Assembly (NCBI RefSeq): GCF_009914755.1
Contig: NC_060928.1
DNA: 64,000 nucleotides
Strand: one strand, 5' to 3'
Source of the DNA: the human T2T-CHM13v2.0 reference genome, Homo sapiens
A program made the translations under genes and the position numbers. The notes beneath the pieces were generated by a model. The model ran no database searches. It had not been told where the DNA came from and worked only from the letters and a program-made list of their open reading frames with translations. Shown in pieces: positions 28,840 to 44,302 of this stretch (positions are counted from its first letter, which is position 1; each line of letters starts with the position of its first letter).

Positions 28840-31720
28840 TTTTCTGATAAATAAAAATGGTATAACTATATATTTAATGTATACAATGTAATGATTTGAT
28901 ATGCATGTACACTGTGAAACAAAATACAGTCAAGTTGATGAGCACATCTAGTACCTCAATTTTTTTTGGAGTAAGAACACTTAAGATCTACTGTAGTAGC
29001 AAATTGTAAGCATACATTACAGTATTACTAACTATAAACACAATGCTATTTGGCTAATCTAATGCTAATTTACATTAGATTTCTCAGACTTACTCAACTT
29101 ATAACTAAAAATTTGTACTCTTTGAACATCTCCTCATATTTCTACCCTCAGGCACTAGCAACCACCATTTTATACTCTGCTTCTATGAGTGTACTTTTTT
29201 AGATTTCTCATCTAACTTAAAACAAGGAGTTTCTTTGTCTTTCTGTGTTTGGCTTATTTCATTTAGCATAACGTCCTCCAGGTCTATCCATGTTGTAAAT
29301 GGCTACATTTCCTTCTCTTCTGGCGGAATAGTATTCTACTGTCTGTATATAGACACACACATACTATATTTTGGCTATTGTAAACAATACTACAGTGAAC
29401 ATAGGGCTGAAGATCTTTCTTCAAGGTACAAATTTTATTTCCTTTGGTAGGATGCCCAGAAGTGGTATTGCTGGGTTGTATGATATTTCCATTTTTATTT
29501 TTTACTGTTTTTTATGACGACTTTATTTATTTACATCTCACCAACAGCATACCGATTTCCCTTATATGTATGGTTTGTCTATTTTTGAATGGGTTATTAT
29601 TATTGTTTTGCTTTGAATTGCAGAAGTGTCTTATACATTTTGGATATGAACTTCTTATTAGATATATGGCTTGCAAATAATTTCCTATGTTGTAGGGTTT
29701 AAAAAATTTTTTTTCTTTGCTGTGTGTAAGCTGTTCAATTTGATGCAGTCCCATTTGTTTGTATTTTTTGTTGCTGTGCTTTTGATGTCATATCAAAAAA
29801 GCTATTGCCAAGACCAATATTAACAAGGTTTTTTTTTTTATATATGTTTTCTTGAGGAGTTTTAAGGTTTTATGTCTTACATTTAAGTGTTTCATTTTGA
29901 GTTAATTTCGGGGTATGGTATAAGAAAATATTCTACTTTTATTCTTTCACTTGTGGATACCCAGTTTTTCTGGTACCATGTATCAACAAGACTGTATTTT
30001 CTGCATTGTATATTCTTGGTGGCCTTTTCAAAGATTAGTTTACCTTGTATTCTGGTTTTGTTTCTGGGCTCCCTATTCTGTTCCATTGGCTTTTGTATCT
30101 GTTTTTATGCACATACAATACTCTTGATTACTATAACCTTTAAATAAAATTTGAAATTAAAGAGTATGATGCCCCAGCATTGTTCTTTCTCAAGATTGCT
30201 CAGGTTATTTAAAGTTCTTTAAGCTTACACTTAAATTTTACAATTGTGTTTTCTATTACTGTGAAAAATGCCCCTAAAACTTTGATAGGGATCACATCGA
30301 ATCTAGAGATCATTTTGGATAATATGATACTTTGACAGTGTTAGTTATCCTAATGGAATATATTTCCTTTATTTGTGTCTACTTCAATTTGTCATCAATC
30401 TTATTGTATTTAATGTATAATTTTTTTACTTCATTGGTTAAATTTATTTTAATTAAATTTCTTATTTTTATACTATTGCAAATAGAAATTGTTTCTTTTT
30501 TTGGAAAGTTTGTTGCTACTGTATGGAAATGCAACAAATATTTGTATGTTGGGCCAGGTGCAGTGTCTCATTTCTGTAATCCCTACACTTTCAGAGTCCA
30601 AGGCAGGTGGATGACTTGAGGACAGGAGTTTGAGATGAGTCTGGGCAACACAGTGAGACCATGTCTCAAAAAAAAAAAAAAAAACCCACAAGTATTTGTA
30701 TGTTGATTATGTATCCTGATACTTTAATGAATGCATTTATTAGTTCAAACAATTTTTCTTGTTTTACTCTAGTGTTTTATATATATATGCATGATCATAT
30801 TATCTACAAACAGTAACATTTTTACTTCTTTTCCAAGCTGTAGAGCTTTGTTGCCCTTTTCCTCGCCCAATTGTTCTGAAAGAAACTTCCAGTAACATGT
30901 TAAGATAGAAGCTGTGGCCCTGCAGACAGGCCTGCATATCTTGGCCTCAGCTGTAGTCTCTGAAGCAGCCCTGTGTCTGTACATTTGAAGGATCTAACAA
31001 TGATTACAGTTTCTATAAACTATTTTTGACAGGTAAAGATCTCCCATTTGTTTGGTCCACAGGCTGATGAGATTACCTCTGGGGTTGCAGAGAAGAAGGA
31101 TTGTAGCTGGGTCACAAGGGTGCTGCTGGGTCTGCTGTGGGGTCTGCCTTTGATCGTTGTGTTACCAGATATTTGGACAGTCATGGATTCTTTCTGGGCC
31201 ATGGAAACATTAAATATCCTTGAGGACATTATATGGCAGGCAGCAGGGTAGGGTTTGAAGTTTGTCTGCATATGATGGGCCAAATATCAGGTGTATGAAT
31301 GGGTTTGGCTTCTACTGACTACCTGGGAACAGTTTTCACAAGTCTCTATGTGGGTCCCTGAGTGTGTACAACTGGCCACAGACAGTGACTGTGAGGGCTA
31401 GAACTGAGTCACAGGGCTGCTTCAGGGAGCACAGCTGAGGCCAAGATATACAAGCCTGCCTCCAGGGTTATGGCTGGGTGTGTCTCCCTGCAGGTCTCTT
31501 AATGAGAAGGACCACTTGTGGACTGTAGCTGAGAGGAGTTTGAGAAAGGTTGCAGAACTGCTTCATAATCTTCAGTAACACCAGGCTCAATGTGCCATTT
31601 CCTTGTCTGTAGCCATGTCTGTGGGCCCTTGAGTTAGCCACCTGGGTGAGGGCCTGCTTTTTCTAAATAACCCTCCTTGATCTCTGGCTCCACTGAGGTT
31701 TCACAACCCTAACCATAGGC
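28840..31720 (-). mobile_element. Old L1M fragments (3' end, ORF2 remnant, 5'-UTR-like region at ~31000-31700) with a FLAM at 30552-30685
   Basis: Minus-strand ORF2-like peptide EQNREPRNKTRIQGKLIFEKATKNIQCRKYSL…PYPEINSK; T-rich plus strand. Confidence 0.75.
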
Positions 31721-31973
31721 AAGCATGTTTCTACTTCTGTTTCCTAGTTTACTACTCAAAATATTGTATAAAAGTGGAATCATACACTGTCACTTTGTCG
31801 GTGTCTTATTTCACTTTAAATAATGGCTTTAAGATTTATTCTTATTGTAGCATCTCACAAGATATTTTCATTGAGGGCTAAAGAATATTTCATTGTATGT
31901 ATAAACCACATCTTTTTAAATCATTCATCCATTGAAGAATGTTTGAGTTTTTTCAGTTTTTGGCTTTTGTAAA

Positions 31974-32391
31974 TGATATGGTTTGGATCTGCATTTTCAT
32001 TCAAATCTCATGTCAAATTGCCATCCCTAATGTTGGAAGTGGGGCCTGGTGGGAGGTGGTTGGGTCATAGGGTTGGCTTCTCACGAATGGTTTAGCTTAG
32101 CCCCTTTGGTACTGTCTTTGACATAGTGAGTGAGTTCTGAGATCTCATTTTTCAAAAGTATGTGGCACCTCTTCTCTCAATCTCTCTAACTCCTGCTCCC
32201 ACCATGTAAGATGACTCACCGTCCCTTTGCTTTCTGCTATGATTGGAAGCTTTTTGAGGTCTCCCAAGAAGCAGAAGCTGCTGCACTTTCTGTACAGGCT
32301 GCAGAACCATGACCCAGTGAAACTTCCTTTTTAAAATAAATTACCCAGGCTCAGGCATTTCTTTATAGCAATGCAGGAATAAACTAATACA
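31974..32391 (+). mobile_element. MSTA-like MaLR solo LTR
   Basis: tgatatggtttggatctg…aaactaataca; 5-bp TSD gtaaa/gtgaa. Confidence 0.88.
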
Positions 32392-32468
32392 GTGAATATT
32401 GCTGCAGTAAACATGGATATGCAAATATTTCTTTCAGGTATACTTTGCATATTTTGAATAGATGCTCA

Positions 32469-32828
<360 letters not shown>

Positions 32829-34280
32829 TTATACATTTTTCAGATGGTTGTATCATGTTTATTTCCACCAACAGTACACAAGGGTTTCAATTCCTCCATG
32901 ACAAATGACAACATTTGTCATTGTTTGCTTGATATTGGCCATACTAATTAATGCACAATAATACCTCATTGTGGTTTTGCTTTACATTTTGCTAAAGATT
33001 GGAAATATTTTTCAATAATTGTTTGCTGTGTGCATTTCCTCTTTGGAGAACCATTTTTATCTTGTTCATTTGTTAATGATGTTACTTACTATTTGTTGAT
33101 TTTCTTGAAGTTGTTTATTCTGGATGTTAGCTTCTGTCAAATATATGCTTTTTAATTTGTTTTCTTAGGTGGGACTCTTACGAAATGTTTATTTTAATAT
33201 GCAAAGATAAATTTAATGTAGTCCCATTTTTCTGAGTTTTTTAATTTGTTGCTCAGATATTTGATGTTGTATGCAAGGAAACATTGCTGAGACCAAGGTC
33301 ATAATCTTACTGTATTTTCTTCTAGAGATTGTATAGGTATATTTCCGACATTCAAATATTTAACTCATTCAAGACAGCTTTTGTATATGGTTTGCGGGTA
33401 GGACCCAACCTCAGTTTTTCCCATGTAGTTACAGAGTTTTCCAACACCATTTATTGAAGAGACTGTCTTTTTCTTGTTGTGCGGTCACAGCAACCTTGTT
33501 GAAGATCATTTGAGCATATACACAAACATGGTTTGGCTTTAAGTTCTGGGTTCTGTTCCATCACTATTTGTCTTCTTTCAAGTACCACACTGTTTTTATT
33601 TATGTAGCTTTGTAATCTGTTCTAAACAAAGGAAGCGTTGTGCCTCTAACTTTGTTCTTGTTTTCTAAGAATGTTCAGGCTAACAGTGGTCCTTTGATGT
33701 TCCATGTAAATGTAAGAATTTTAAAAAAGATTTCTTTAAAAAGTATCATTTGGATTTTCATCAGGATTACATTGAATTTGAATATCACTGTGGGTAGTAT
33801 TGTCATTTAAAAATATTAAATCTTCTGACAAAGAAGAGTATGTTCAAGAGTCTGTTAAGTTTCACATATTTTTGGATTTGGCAATTTTGCTTCTGCTTTT
33901 GATTTCTAGTTTGATTCCATGTGGTATGAAAGGATGCATTGTGTAATTCAATCTTTAATGCGTACCAGGCTTAATAATTTGATGACAAAATAATGTGTAC
34001 AACAAACCTTCATGACACAAGTTTACCTATATAACAAACCTGCACATGTATCTAGGTCTTAAAGTTTTAAAACGTAAGAGTTATTTTGTGTTCTAACAGG
34101 TTGTCTGTGAAACAACAACTACTCATTTTCTTCTCCACTTAGCCCTGACACAGTTTAGTCTACTTTCTGTTTCTAGCAGTTTAACTACTTTAGGTACCTT
34201 ACATAAGTGGAATTATATAGTATTTATCTTTTTGTGCCTAGCTTCTTGCACATAAATAAAGTCTCAAAAATGCATCCTTA

Positions 34281-34660
<380 letters not shown>

Positions 34661-35794
34661 TCATTTGATAACATATGCAAGGGATTATTTACGTGCTCTA
34701 TTCTGTTTCACTGGTATTGTCTTTTTTTGATCCAGTTATAAAGTATTTCAATTACCATAACTTTATAATAGGTTTTCAAAATCAGGATGTATGATGCTTC
34801 TCATGTTCCTCTTTTTGACAATTTTTGAGCACTTCTGGCCTCTTTAGTTCTCATATGTCTTTAGGATTGCTTCTTTCAGTAATGTAAAATATGCATAGCT
34901 GCTGTCATCCAGAGTATACCACCTTTTTCTTCAGCACTCTATGTCAGGGGAGACAAAACCCATCTTTGACAGCACCCCAAAAACCAAAAATGTGGGCACA
35001 TATTCTGCGTTTATCTTTTCTCTTCTGAGGAAGCATACAGTTGGGAGTTTCTCATTGTTGACCATGCTGTATTGGCAGGAGGTAAGGCTGTGCCGGACAT
35101 AATAAAATTTTAATAAAATTTTTCTTCTACATGTTTTTGGCATTTTGCTCAAGTGAAGTAGTACACAGTCTTACTTATGTTTTGGAATTCCCACAAAGGC
35201 AATGTGATCAATATGATGTTAAGGTCATATACCTATGAAGAAATGAGGACCAGTGATTTTTATTTTTAAGCTTTGCAATTTAAATTGATATTTTTATTAT
35301 TTTAATTTTTAATTTTTGTGAATACACAGTAGCTATATATATATATATATCTGTGGGTTACATGAGATTTTTTATATGGACAAGAAGTGCATAAAAATCA
35401 CATCAAGGTAAATAGGTATTCATTATCTCAACTATTTGTCCTTTGTTTTACAATCTGATTTCATTCTTTTATTTTAAAATGTACAATTAAATTGCTTTTG
35501 ACTATAGTCACTCTGTTGTACTAGCAACTACTAAATCTTACTCTTTCCAATTTTTTTGAACCCATTAACTTTCCTCACTTCCTCCCAGCCCCCTACTATA
35601 TTTTCCAGCCTCTGTAACAATCGTTCTTCTAGCTTCATGAAATTAATTTTTAGCTCCAGCAAATGCATCAGAACATGCAAAGTTTGCCTTTATATGCCTG
35701 GATTATTTCTCTAAACATAATGATCTCTAGTTCCATATATGTTGTTGCAAATGACAGAATCTTATTCTTTTTTATGATTGAAAAGTACTCCATT

Positions 35795-36395
<601 letters not shown>

Positions 36396-37784
36396 AGTAC
36401 TCCATTGTGTGTATGTACCACATTTGCTTTATCCATTCATGTGTTGATAGACAGGTTGCTTCTAAATCTTGGATAATGTGAACAATGGCTGCAATAAAAA
36501 TGGAGGTACAAATATCTCTTTGATGTCCTGATTTCCTTTCTTTTATGTAGCTACTTAGGAGTGGGATTGCTGGATAATATAGTAGCTCTATTTTTCATTT
36601 CTTGAGGAACCTCTAAACTCTTCTCCATAGTGGTTGTACTAATTTACATTCCCACCAAGATAGTGCCAGAGTTCACTTTTCTCCACATCCTCATTGGCAT
36701 TTTTTATTGCCCGACTTGGATAAGAGCCGTTGTAATTGGAGTAAGATAATATCTCATTGTCATTTGGTTTGCATTTATCTGATGATAAATGATGTTGAGC
36801 ACCTCATCATATGCCTTTTTGTCATTTGTATGCCCTCTTTTGAGAAATGTCTATTCAAATTTTTGCCCATTTATAATCAGATTATTCAATTTTATCCTAT
36901 AGAGCTATTTGTGCACTTTACGTATTCTCATTATTTTTTTTCTGATGGGCAGTTTACACATATTTTCTCTCGTTTTATGTGCTCTCTCTTAACTTTGTTA
37001 ATTGTTTCATTTGTTGTTTAGAAGCTCTTTAACTTGATGTGATTGCATTTCATTTTTGCTTTGGTTGCCTGTACTTGCGGGGTATTATTCAAGACATCTT
37101 TCCCCAGTTTCCTGGGCTTCACCTGTAGAGCTTCACCAATGTTTTCTTGTAGGAGTTTCATAGCTTGAGGTCTTAGATTTGTCTCTAATCCATTTTGATT
37201 TAATTTTTTTATATGGCAAGAGATGGGGTCTAGTTTCATTCTTCTGAATATGGATATTCAGTTTTTGTAGCACAATTTATTGAAGACTCCTTTTCCCAGT
37301 ACATATTCTTGACACCTTTGTCAAAAATAAGTTGGTTGTAGATACATGGATATGTCTCTGCATTCTCTCTTCTGTTTCACTGATCAGTTTCATGCTGTTT
37401 TAATTACTGTAGCTCTGTAGTATCATTTAAAGTCAAATACTGTGATTCCTCCAGTTTCTTTTTACAATGGCTTTGGGTAGTATTCTGATTCTTTTGTGGT
37501 TCTGTCTACATTGTAGGATTGTTTTTTCTATTTCTGTGAAGAATGTCACTGATGTTTTTCTAGAGATTGTATTAAATCCGTAGATTGCTTTGGGTAGTAT
37601 GGACATTTTAAAAATGTTGATTCTTCCTATTCATGAGCATAACATATTATTCAGTTTTTTGTCTTTTTAAATTTCTTGCATCAGTGTTTTATAGTACTAA
37701 TTGTAGAGATTTTTCACTTCTTTGCTTAATTCCTACATATTTAATTTTAATTTGTGGCTATTGTAAGTGGGATTATTCTCTTGA

Positions 37785-38117
<333 letters not shown>

Positions 38118-38511
38118 CTGAGTTTTAATCTTATATCTTGACTAACCAATTCTAGTAGTGTTTTAGTGAATTATGTTTTTCCAACTACAAGACCACATCA
38201 TCTGCAAACAAAGATAATTTGACTTCTTCCTTTCCAATTTGGATGCCTTTTTTTTTCTCTTTCTCATTGCTCTAGCTAACACTTCTAGTACTATGTTGAA
38301 TAACAGTGGTGAAAGTGTGTATCCTTTGTGCCTCTTCTTTTATCTTCTTCAGATGCAGACATCTTATGAGAATGTTTTTGGGTTTAGGTTCCCAACTTTA
38401 CAAGGTAATTTGTCCTTAGCCATCCTGTTGTCTTTTCCTGGTCCTAGGCTTCAGAACTGTCTGGGGAAGATCCCAGATGCCCACGGTAGCAATGTCTCTT
38501 GGAGTGGTTAG

Positions 38512-38969
<458 letters not shown>

Positions 38970-40919
38970 CAAGATTTTCTTTCTCCCAATCCAGTTTCCA
39001 TTTTTTGGAGACACATTGCTCTTCAGCCAATGGAAGTCTGATATTGAGGGGAAAGGCAGAAATAATTTCTATCATCTGGATTTTTTCAGAATTGTGAAAG
39101 GAGAAAAAGATAGTATCCCCAAAGACAATGAAAGTCCATTCTAGCAAGATGGTGCATGGATGACCTGCAAAAATAAATAAATAAATAAATAATAGGCACT
39201 CCAGGCACACAGAGGCACAAAGTGCAGAGGCTCTTGGTCATTGAGTATTTCAAAGAGAAAGATGAAGGTAGGAGGACGTACATCATAAGACATTCAGCCC
39301 GATTTGACACTTGAGTCAGACATATCATTATTCCAGCCAGTACTGCCACTCCTTGGGTTTGTCATCTTGAAAAAATGTTTACTTATTTCAACTTCCACTT
39401 TTAGTAACTGTACAATGCATTTTATTAGTAGTGCTTGAAAAATAGGAATGTGAATTTTAAAAATGTCTAGTGACATATTTTATTTCTTAAAAATTCTTTC
39501 ATTTTTCCCTTGAGAGTGTGTAATAAGTTTTTGGGATCTGTACATTTTGGGAATGGTTTCATACAGAACCTCAGGGCTTAGTTATGGGAATATTACTGGA
39601 TAAACAAAAGTAGGAAACAGTTCTCTTCCTTTATGGCTGTGGAGAAGTGAATACATTTTTAGAAGAAATTTTGGTAGATAAATTGGTGATTTACAGAGAT
39701 GTGCCAAAATATCAGTTTTTCTGCATGGTAGAGAATTTGTGATAATGAATAAGTCTGCTCTGTATCTTGTTATCTGGATGTCTGAATTTAGTGTTAAATT
39801 TTATGGAATAGGACTTGACATTTCTTAATGTTCATGTATGATTACCTATTTGTTATTATGGAAATAATACCTAAATGACATATTTATTGTCTGAAATAGA
39901 TATTTTGGCTTTTCTTGTTGAAGTATAAGATGTAAGTGCCTTACAATCTCCTTTCCTCCTATAAACATAAGCAATGAGTTGGAGGAATTTTGCTGGACTC
40001 TTTAAACACTGAGTTCTTTTATATAAAACTAAGTGAATAATCTTGACTGGGAATCAGAGACCTAAGCCTGTTGACTGCAAGGTAAGGCCAATCTTGACCC
40101 TGCCAAAGGAGGTCATCAATAGCCCAGTAGTTTCTTCCTGGGAACCTTTTCTGCAGGTGTCCCAGCCTGGCTCAAATTAGACATGAAAGGGGTCTTTATA
40201 CTGAGAAGCTACAGAGCCCTGGAAAGCTGAGGATCCACAGGCAGATGCAGAGAGAGTTGGGAAGGGAGGAGGGTTGTGATGTCCTCTGAGAGGGTGTAAT
40301 TGTTATTGTCATCGGGCTGTTTCTAGATATCATCAAATAAATTCTGATGTAGGTAAGAAGTGACTTTATTTTAAGGAGTATTGCAATGGAAAAAGCACCA
40401 AGCATAAGATCTGCAAGCACCTCCAAAATGAGACAGATAAAGGCTATTTTTCATATGGAGGAGCAAACAAGATTAGAAAGAAGATGGCAGAGGGCAGAAT
40501 GGAGAACAGCAAAATCAGATTCAAGATTAGAGAATGTTTCACCCTGAAGTCAGCCTGTTCTTGGGAGAGGTATCAAGAGGGTTGTATGCTGGCTCAGACT
40601 GAAGGTGGAGCATAGTCCAGTGGCTTGGGGGAAGGAGAAAAAATTGAGCAGTTTGGTTAACAAGTATTCTGTTTGAACACTGAAGACAAAAATATTTAAT
40701 TGTTTATGAGGGAAAAATGAGAATGTAGAATCTGTGAATTTGTGATATGTAAAGAGGGAGCATCATAAAAGTCATAATGAAGAGGGCATTTCTTTGCAGT
40801 AAGCTTTTCTTGCAGAACACAAAGGATTTGAGAGATGTTAGTCTAACTACCATGATTCACTGCCCGCCTCATGTTTTCCCTGCTTTCCTTTGTCCTATAC
40901 ATTTTTTCCTTTTGGCTTT

Positions 40920-41245
40920 TACAGGGTTGTATTCAATATAATAACCTGGTAAACATAGGTAAAGTGTTTTTGCCAAATTCTGTGAGTAGTTTTTTTCAAA
41001 TCCTTTAACTTGAGGGAGGGAGTTATGGAAGCCCATGATTTATAGACAGTTGCTCTGAAGTATAGGTGGGTTCCCCTGGGGCTTGTGACTGGCAGGTGGA
41101 GTGGAAGCAGTGTTGTGGGACTAAGCCCTGAGCCAGTGGGGTCTATGCTGACCCTGGTGTTGTCAGAATTGAGTTGTTGGACACCCAGTTGGTGTTGGAG
41201 GATTGGTTGGTGTTCAGCAAACTCCATATATTTGGTGTTAGAATA
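40920..41245 (+). mobile_element. MER21-like LTR fragment (paralogous to 20700-21030)
   Basis: ttctgtgagtagtt…aacttgaggg…ggacacccagttggtgttggag. Confidence 0.6.
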
Positions 41246-41253
41246 AAGATATC

Positions 41254-41550
41254 AGGGCACGTGTGATAGCTCACGCCTCTAATCCTAGCACTTTGGGAGG
41301 CCACAGAGGGCAGATTGCTTGAGCTCAGGAGTTCAGTGCCAGCCTGGGCAACATGGTGAAATCCCATCTCTACCAAAAATCCAAAAACATTAGCTGGGCA
41401 CGGTGACACATACCTATATTCCCAGTTCCCTGGGGGTGTGCTGAGGCAGGAGGATCGCTTGAACCCTGGGTGCTTGATGCTGCCATGAGCCAAGATCATA
41501 CCACTGCACTCCAGCCTTTGTGACAAAGTAAGACCCTTTCTCAAAAAAAT
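41254..41550 (+). mobile_element. AluJ-like
   Basis: Diverged Alu (gaggatcgcttgaaccc); TSD aagatatca. Confidence 0.88.
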
Positions 41551-43374
41551 TAAGATATCATAGCAGTCTTGGTTGGAGGGAGACACTGGGTCTGTTGTAG
41601 AATGGAGAGGCTTTTTTGTTTTGTTGTTGTTGTTGTTGTTTGCACACAAGTTGTCACACAGTGAATTCTCCTGTGATTCTAGGTCTCCTCCAGGGGTCGC
41701 AGGGGACTGAGGACTTAAAAGGAAGGAGTTCTGAGGGCAGACTCTTCTCTCCCCCTGCTGCTACAATGTGATTTCTGCACATTCACACACATACATGCTA
41801 AGCAATGGTATGGCCATGCTTCTTTCATGACAAATCTTCACTCAGGAATTGTGCTGAGAAAACCTCTGTTTCTAGAGTTTTCCACTAATAGGCCACATAA
41901 GTATCCAGAAGATTCATGGCTTCTTTCTATCTCCCAGATCTTGAATCTGCACCAGTAACCTCTTTCCTGCAGTAGCCTAGGCTTCTGGATCACCTGACCA
42001 TCTTATCTCCCTGCATGCACACATTTATAAGTCAGAGCTGTCCTGCCTGGGCCAGTATCTGTAGCACTAACCAGTTCTTTCACCAACTGTGCACCAACCC
42101 TCACCCATGGGTTCTTGATAGCACCTTTTCTATTCTGCATTTTTCCCCCACAAACCCTCTTTCCTGTGAAGACAGTATGCCCACGGTTACCCTGCAGGCG
42201 CCTAAATTCAGACCATGCTGGAAATCAGATGTCCATGAGTTCGAAGCAGAGTTTTCAGATGTGGTTATTGTAAATATAAGTGCAAAATAGAAATGAGACT
42301 TAGTCCTCCAACTGGAAAATAAAGGAAGAGCATTTACTCTGCTCCCTTTTCTAAAAACCTTTGATTTAGAAACTTTTTATATGTAGATTACTTCTCTGCC
42401 ATTTATCTTTTTTGTTGTCTTTTAAGTATCTAATTTATCTCTATTGGAGGTCTAATTTTTATTATTTTACTATGCTAACGTTGGGATTAGTTATTTTTCA
42501 AGTGTTTTGAGGATTAAAGTTTCATTATTTGAGATCTTTTTTCTTAATATAAAAATATATTACTATAAAATTCTTAGAACATCTTTTGTTACATTTCAGT
42601 TTTGATATGTTCTGTTTCTATTTTCAGTTTTCTCAAGATACTTTGTGATTTTTCTTTCTTTTTCTTCTTTACCCAGTGGTTGTTCAGAAGCATGTTGTTT
42701 AATATACACATATTTGTAAGTTTTTTACTTTTCCTTATATTGATTTCTAGTTTTATAAAATTGTGATTTAAAAAACATGATATGATTTCAATCTTTTTAA
42801 AAATGAAAAGACTTGTTTGTTTTTGTTGTGGGCCAGATTTATGATGTGTCCTGGAGAATGTTCCATGTGTGTTTGAGAAGAATATAAATTATACTGTTGG
42901 ATGAAATGTTCTATACACGTCTGTTAGGTGCAGTTTTATAGTGCAATGCAAGTACATTGTTTTTTCACTAGCTTTCTGTCTGACTCATGTATTAAGTAGG
43001 GCAGTAAAGTCCCCTATTATATCTGTCTGTTTCTTTCTCCAGTTTTGTTAATATATGTTTATATATTTATGTGCTCCAATGTTTGGTACATATATATATT
43101 TAATTATGTTTTGACAAATTAGGCTCATCACAATACAATAAAATTCTTTTTTTCTGATAGATTTTTTTCTAGAAGTCTATTTAGTGTGATGTAATTATAG
43201 CCACTCCTACACTCTTTTAGTTATTATTGGCATAGAATATTCTTTTTCATCCTTGTACCATTAACCTATGTACGTCCTTAAACCTAAAATAAGTCTCTTG
43301 TGCACAGCATATTGTTGACTTTTTAAATCTATTCAGACATTTTGTGAATGTTTCCTTTTTTTTTTTTTTTTTTT

Positions 43375-43733
43375 TGCTTCAATAACAGAATATCCCAGAG
43401 TTCGTAATTCATAAAGAATAGAATTTACTTAGCTCAGACTCCTGGATGCCAAGAAGTCCAAGAGCATGTCATTCCCATCTGATGAGAATCACATTTCCAC
43501 ATCACAACATGACCAAAGGGTTGAGGATGACAGAAGGTGTACACCAGTGCTCACTTTTATAATAGACCCACTCTCATGATGACTAATACACTGTGGTAAT
43601 ACTGATACTAATCCTTTCATGACAGTAGAGTGCTCATGACCTAATAACTCTTAAGGGCCTCATTTCTTAATTTTCTCACAATGTCAGTTAAATTTTAACA
43701 TGAATTTTGGAGGGGACGCTCAAACTATAGCAA
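43375..43733 (-). mobile_element. MLT1A/MST-like MaLR LTR
   Basis: gaagtccaagagcatg…catgacctaat…ttttggaggggacgctcaaactatagca. Confidence 0.7.
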
Positions 43734-44024
43734 TGTGTTTTTATTGGATAACTAAATCTTTATATATTTAAATGAATTACTGATTGATAAGAACTTACTG
43801 CCATTTTCTTACTGTTTTCTGACCATTTAGTAGTTTGTTTTTTCATTGTTTCATGCTGTCTTCCCCTGTATTTTCTTGAATTTTTGTTGTTTTTGTTGTT
43901 ATATGCATTCTTTTTCTTTTGTGTGTAACCACTACAGTTTTTTTTGTAATTTCCAGGAAGCTTATGTAAAACATCTCATAGTTATAAAATCTAATTTCAG
44001 ATAAGAATTTAGCTTTTGGTTTGT

Positions 44025-44302
44025 ATAGATAGGGTCTTGCTTTGTTACCCAGTGTAGTGCAGTGGTACATTCATAGCTCAGTGCAGACTTGACCTCCCCA
44101 GGCTCAAGCAATCCTCAGCCTCCCAAGTAGCTGGGACTACAAGCACATGCCACCATGTCTGGCTAATTTTTTTAGTATTTTTTGTAGAGACAGGGTTTTG
44201 CCAAGTTGCTCAGGCTGGTGTTGAACTCCCGGGCTCAAGCAGTCCACCTGCCTTGGACTCCCAAAGTGCTAGTATTACAGGCATGAGCCATCAGGCCCAG
44301 CT
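44025..44302 (-). mobile_element. AluJ-like
   Basis: agggtcttgctttg…ggctcaagc diagnostics. Confidence 0.88.
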
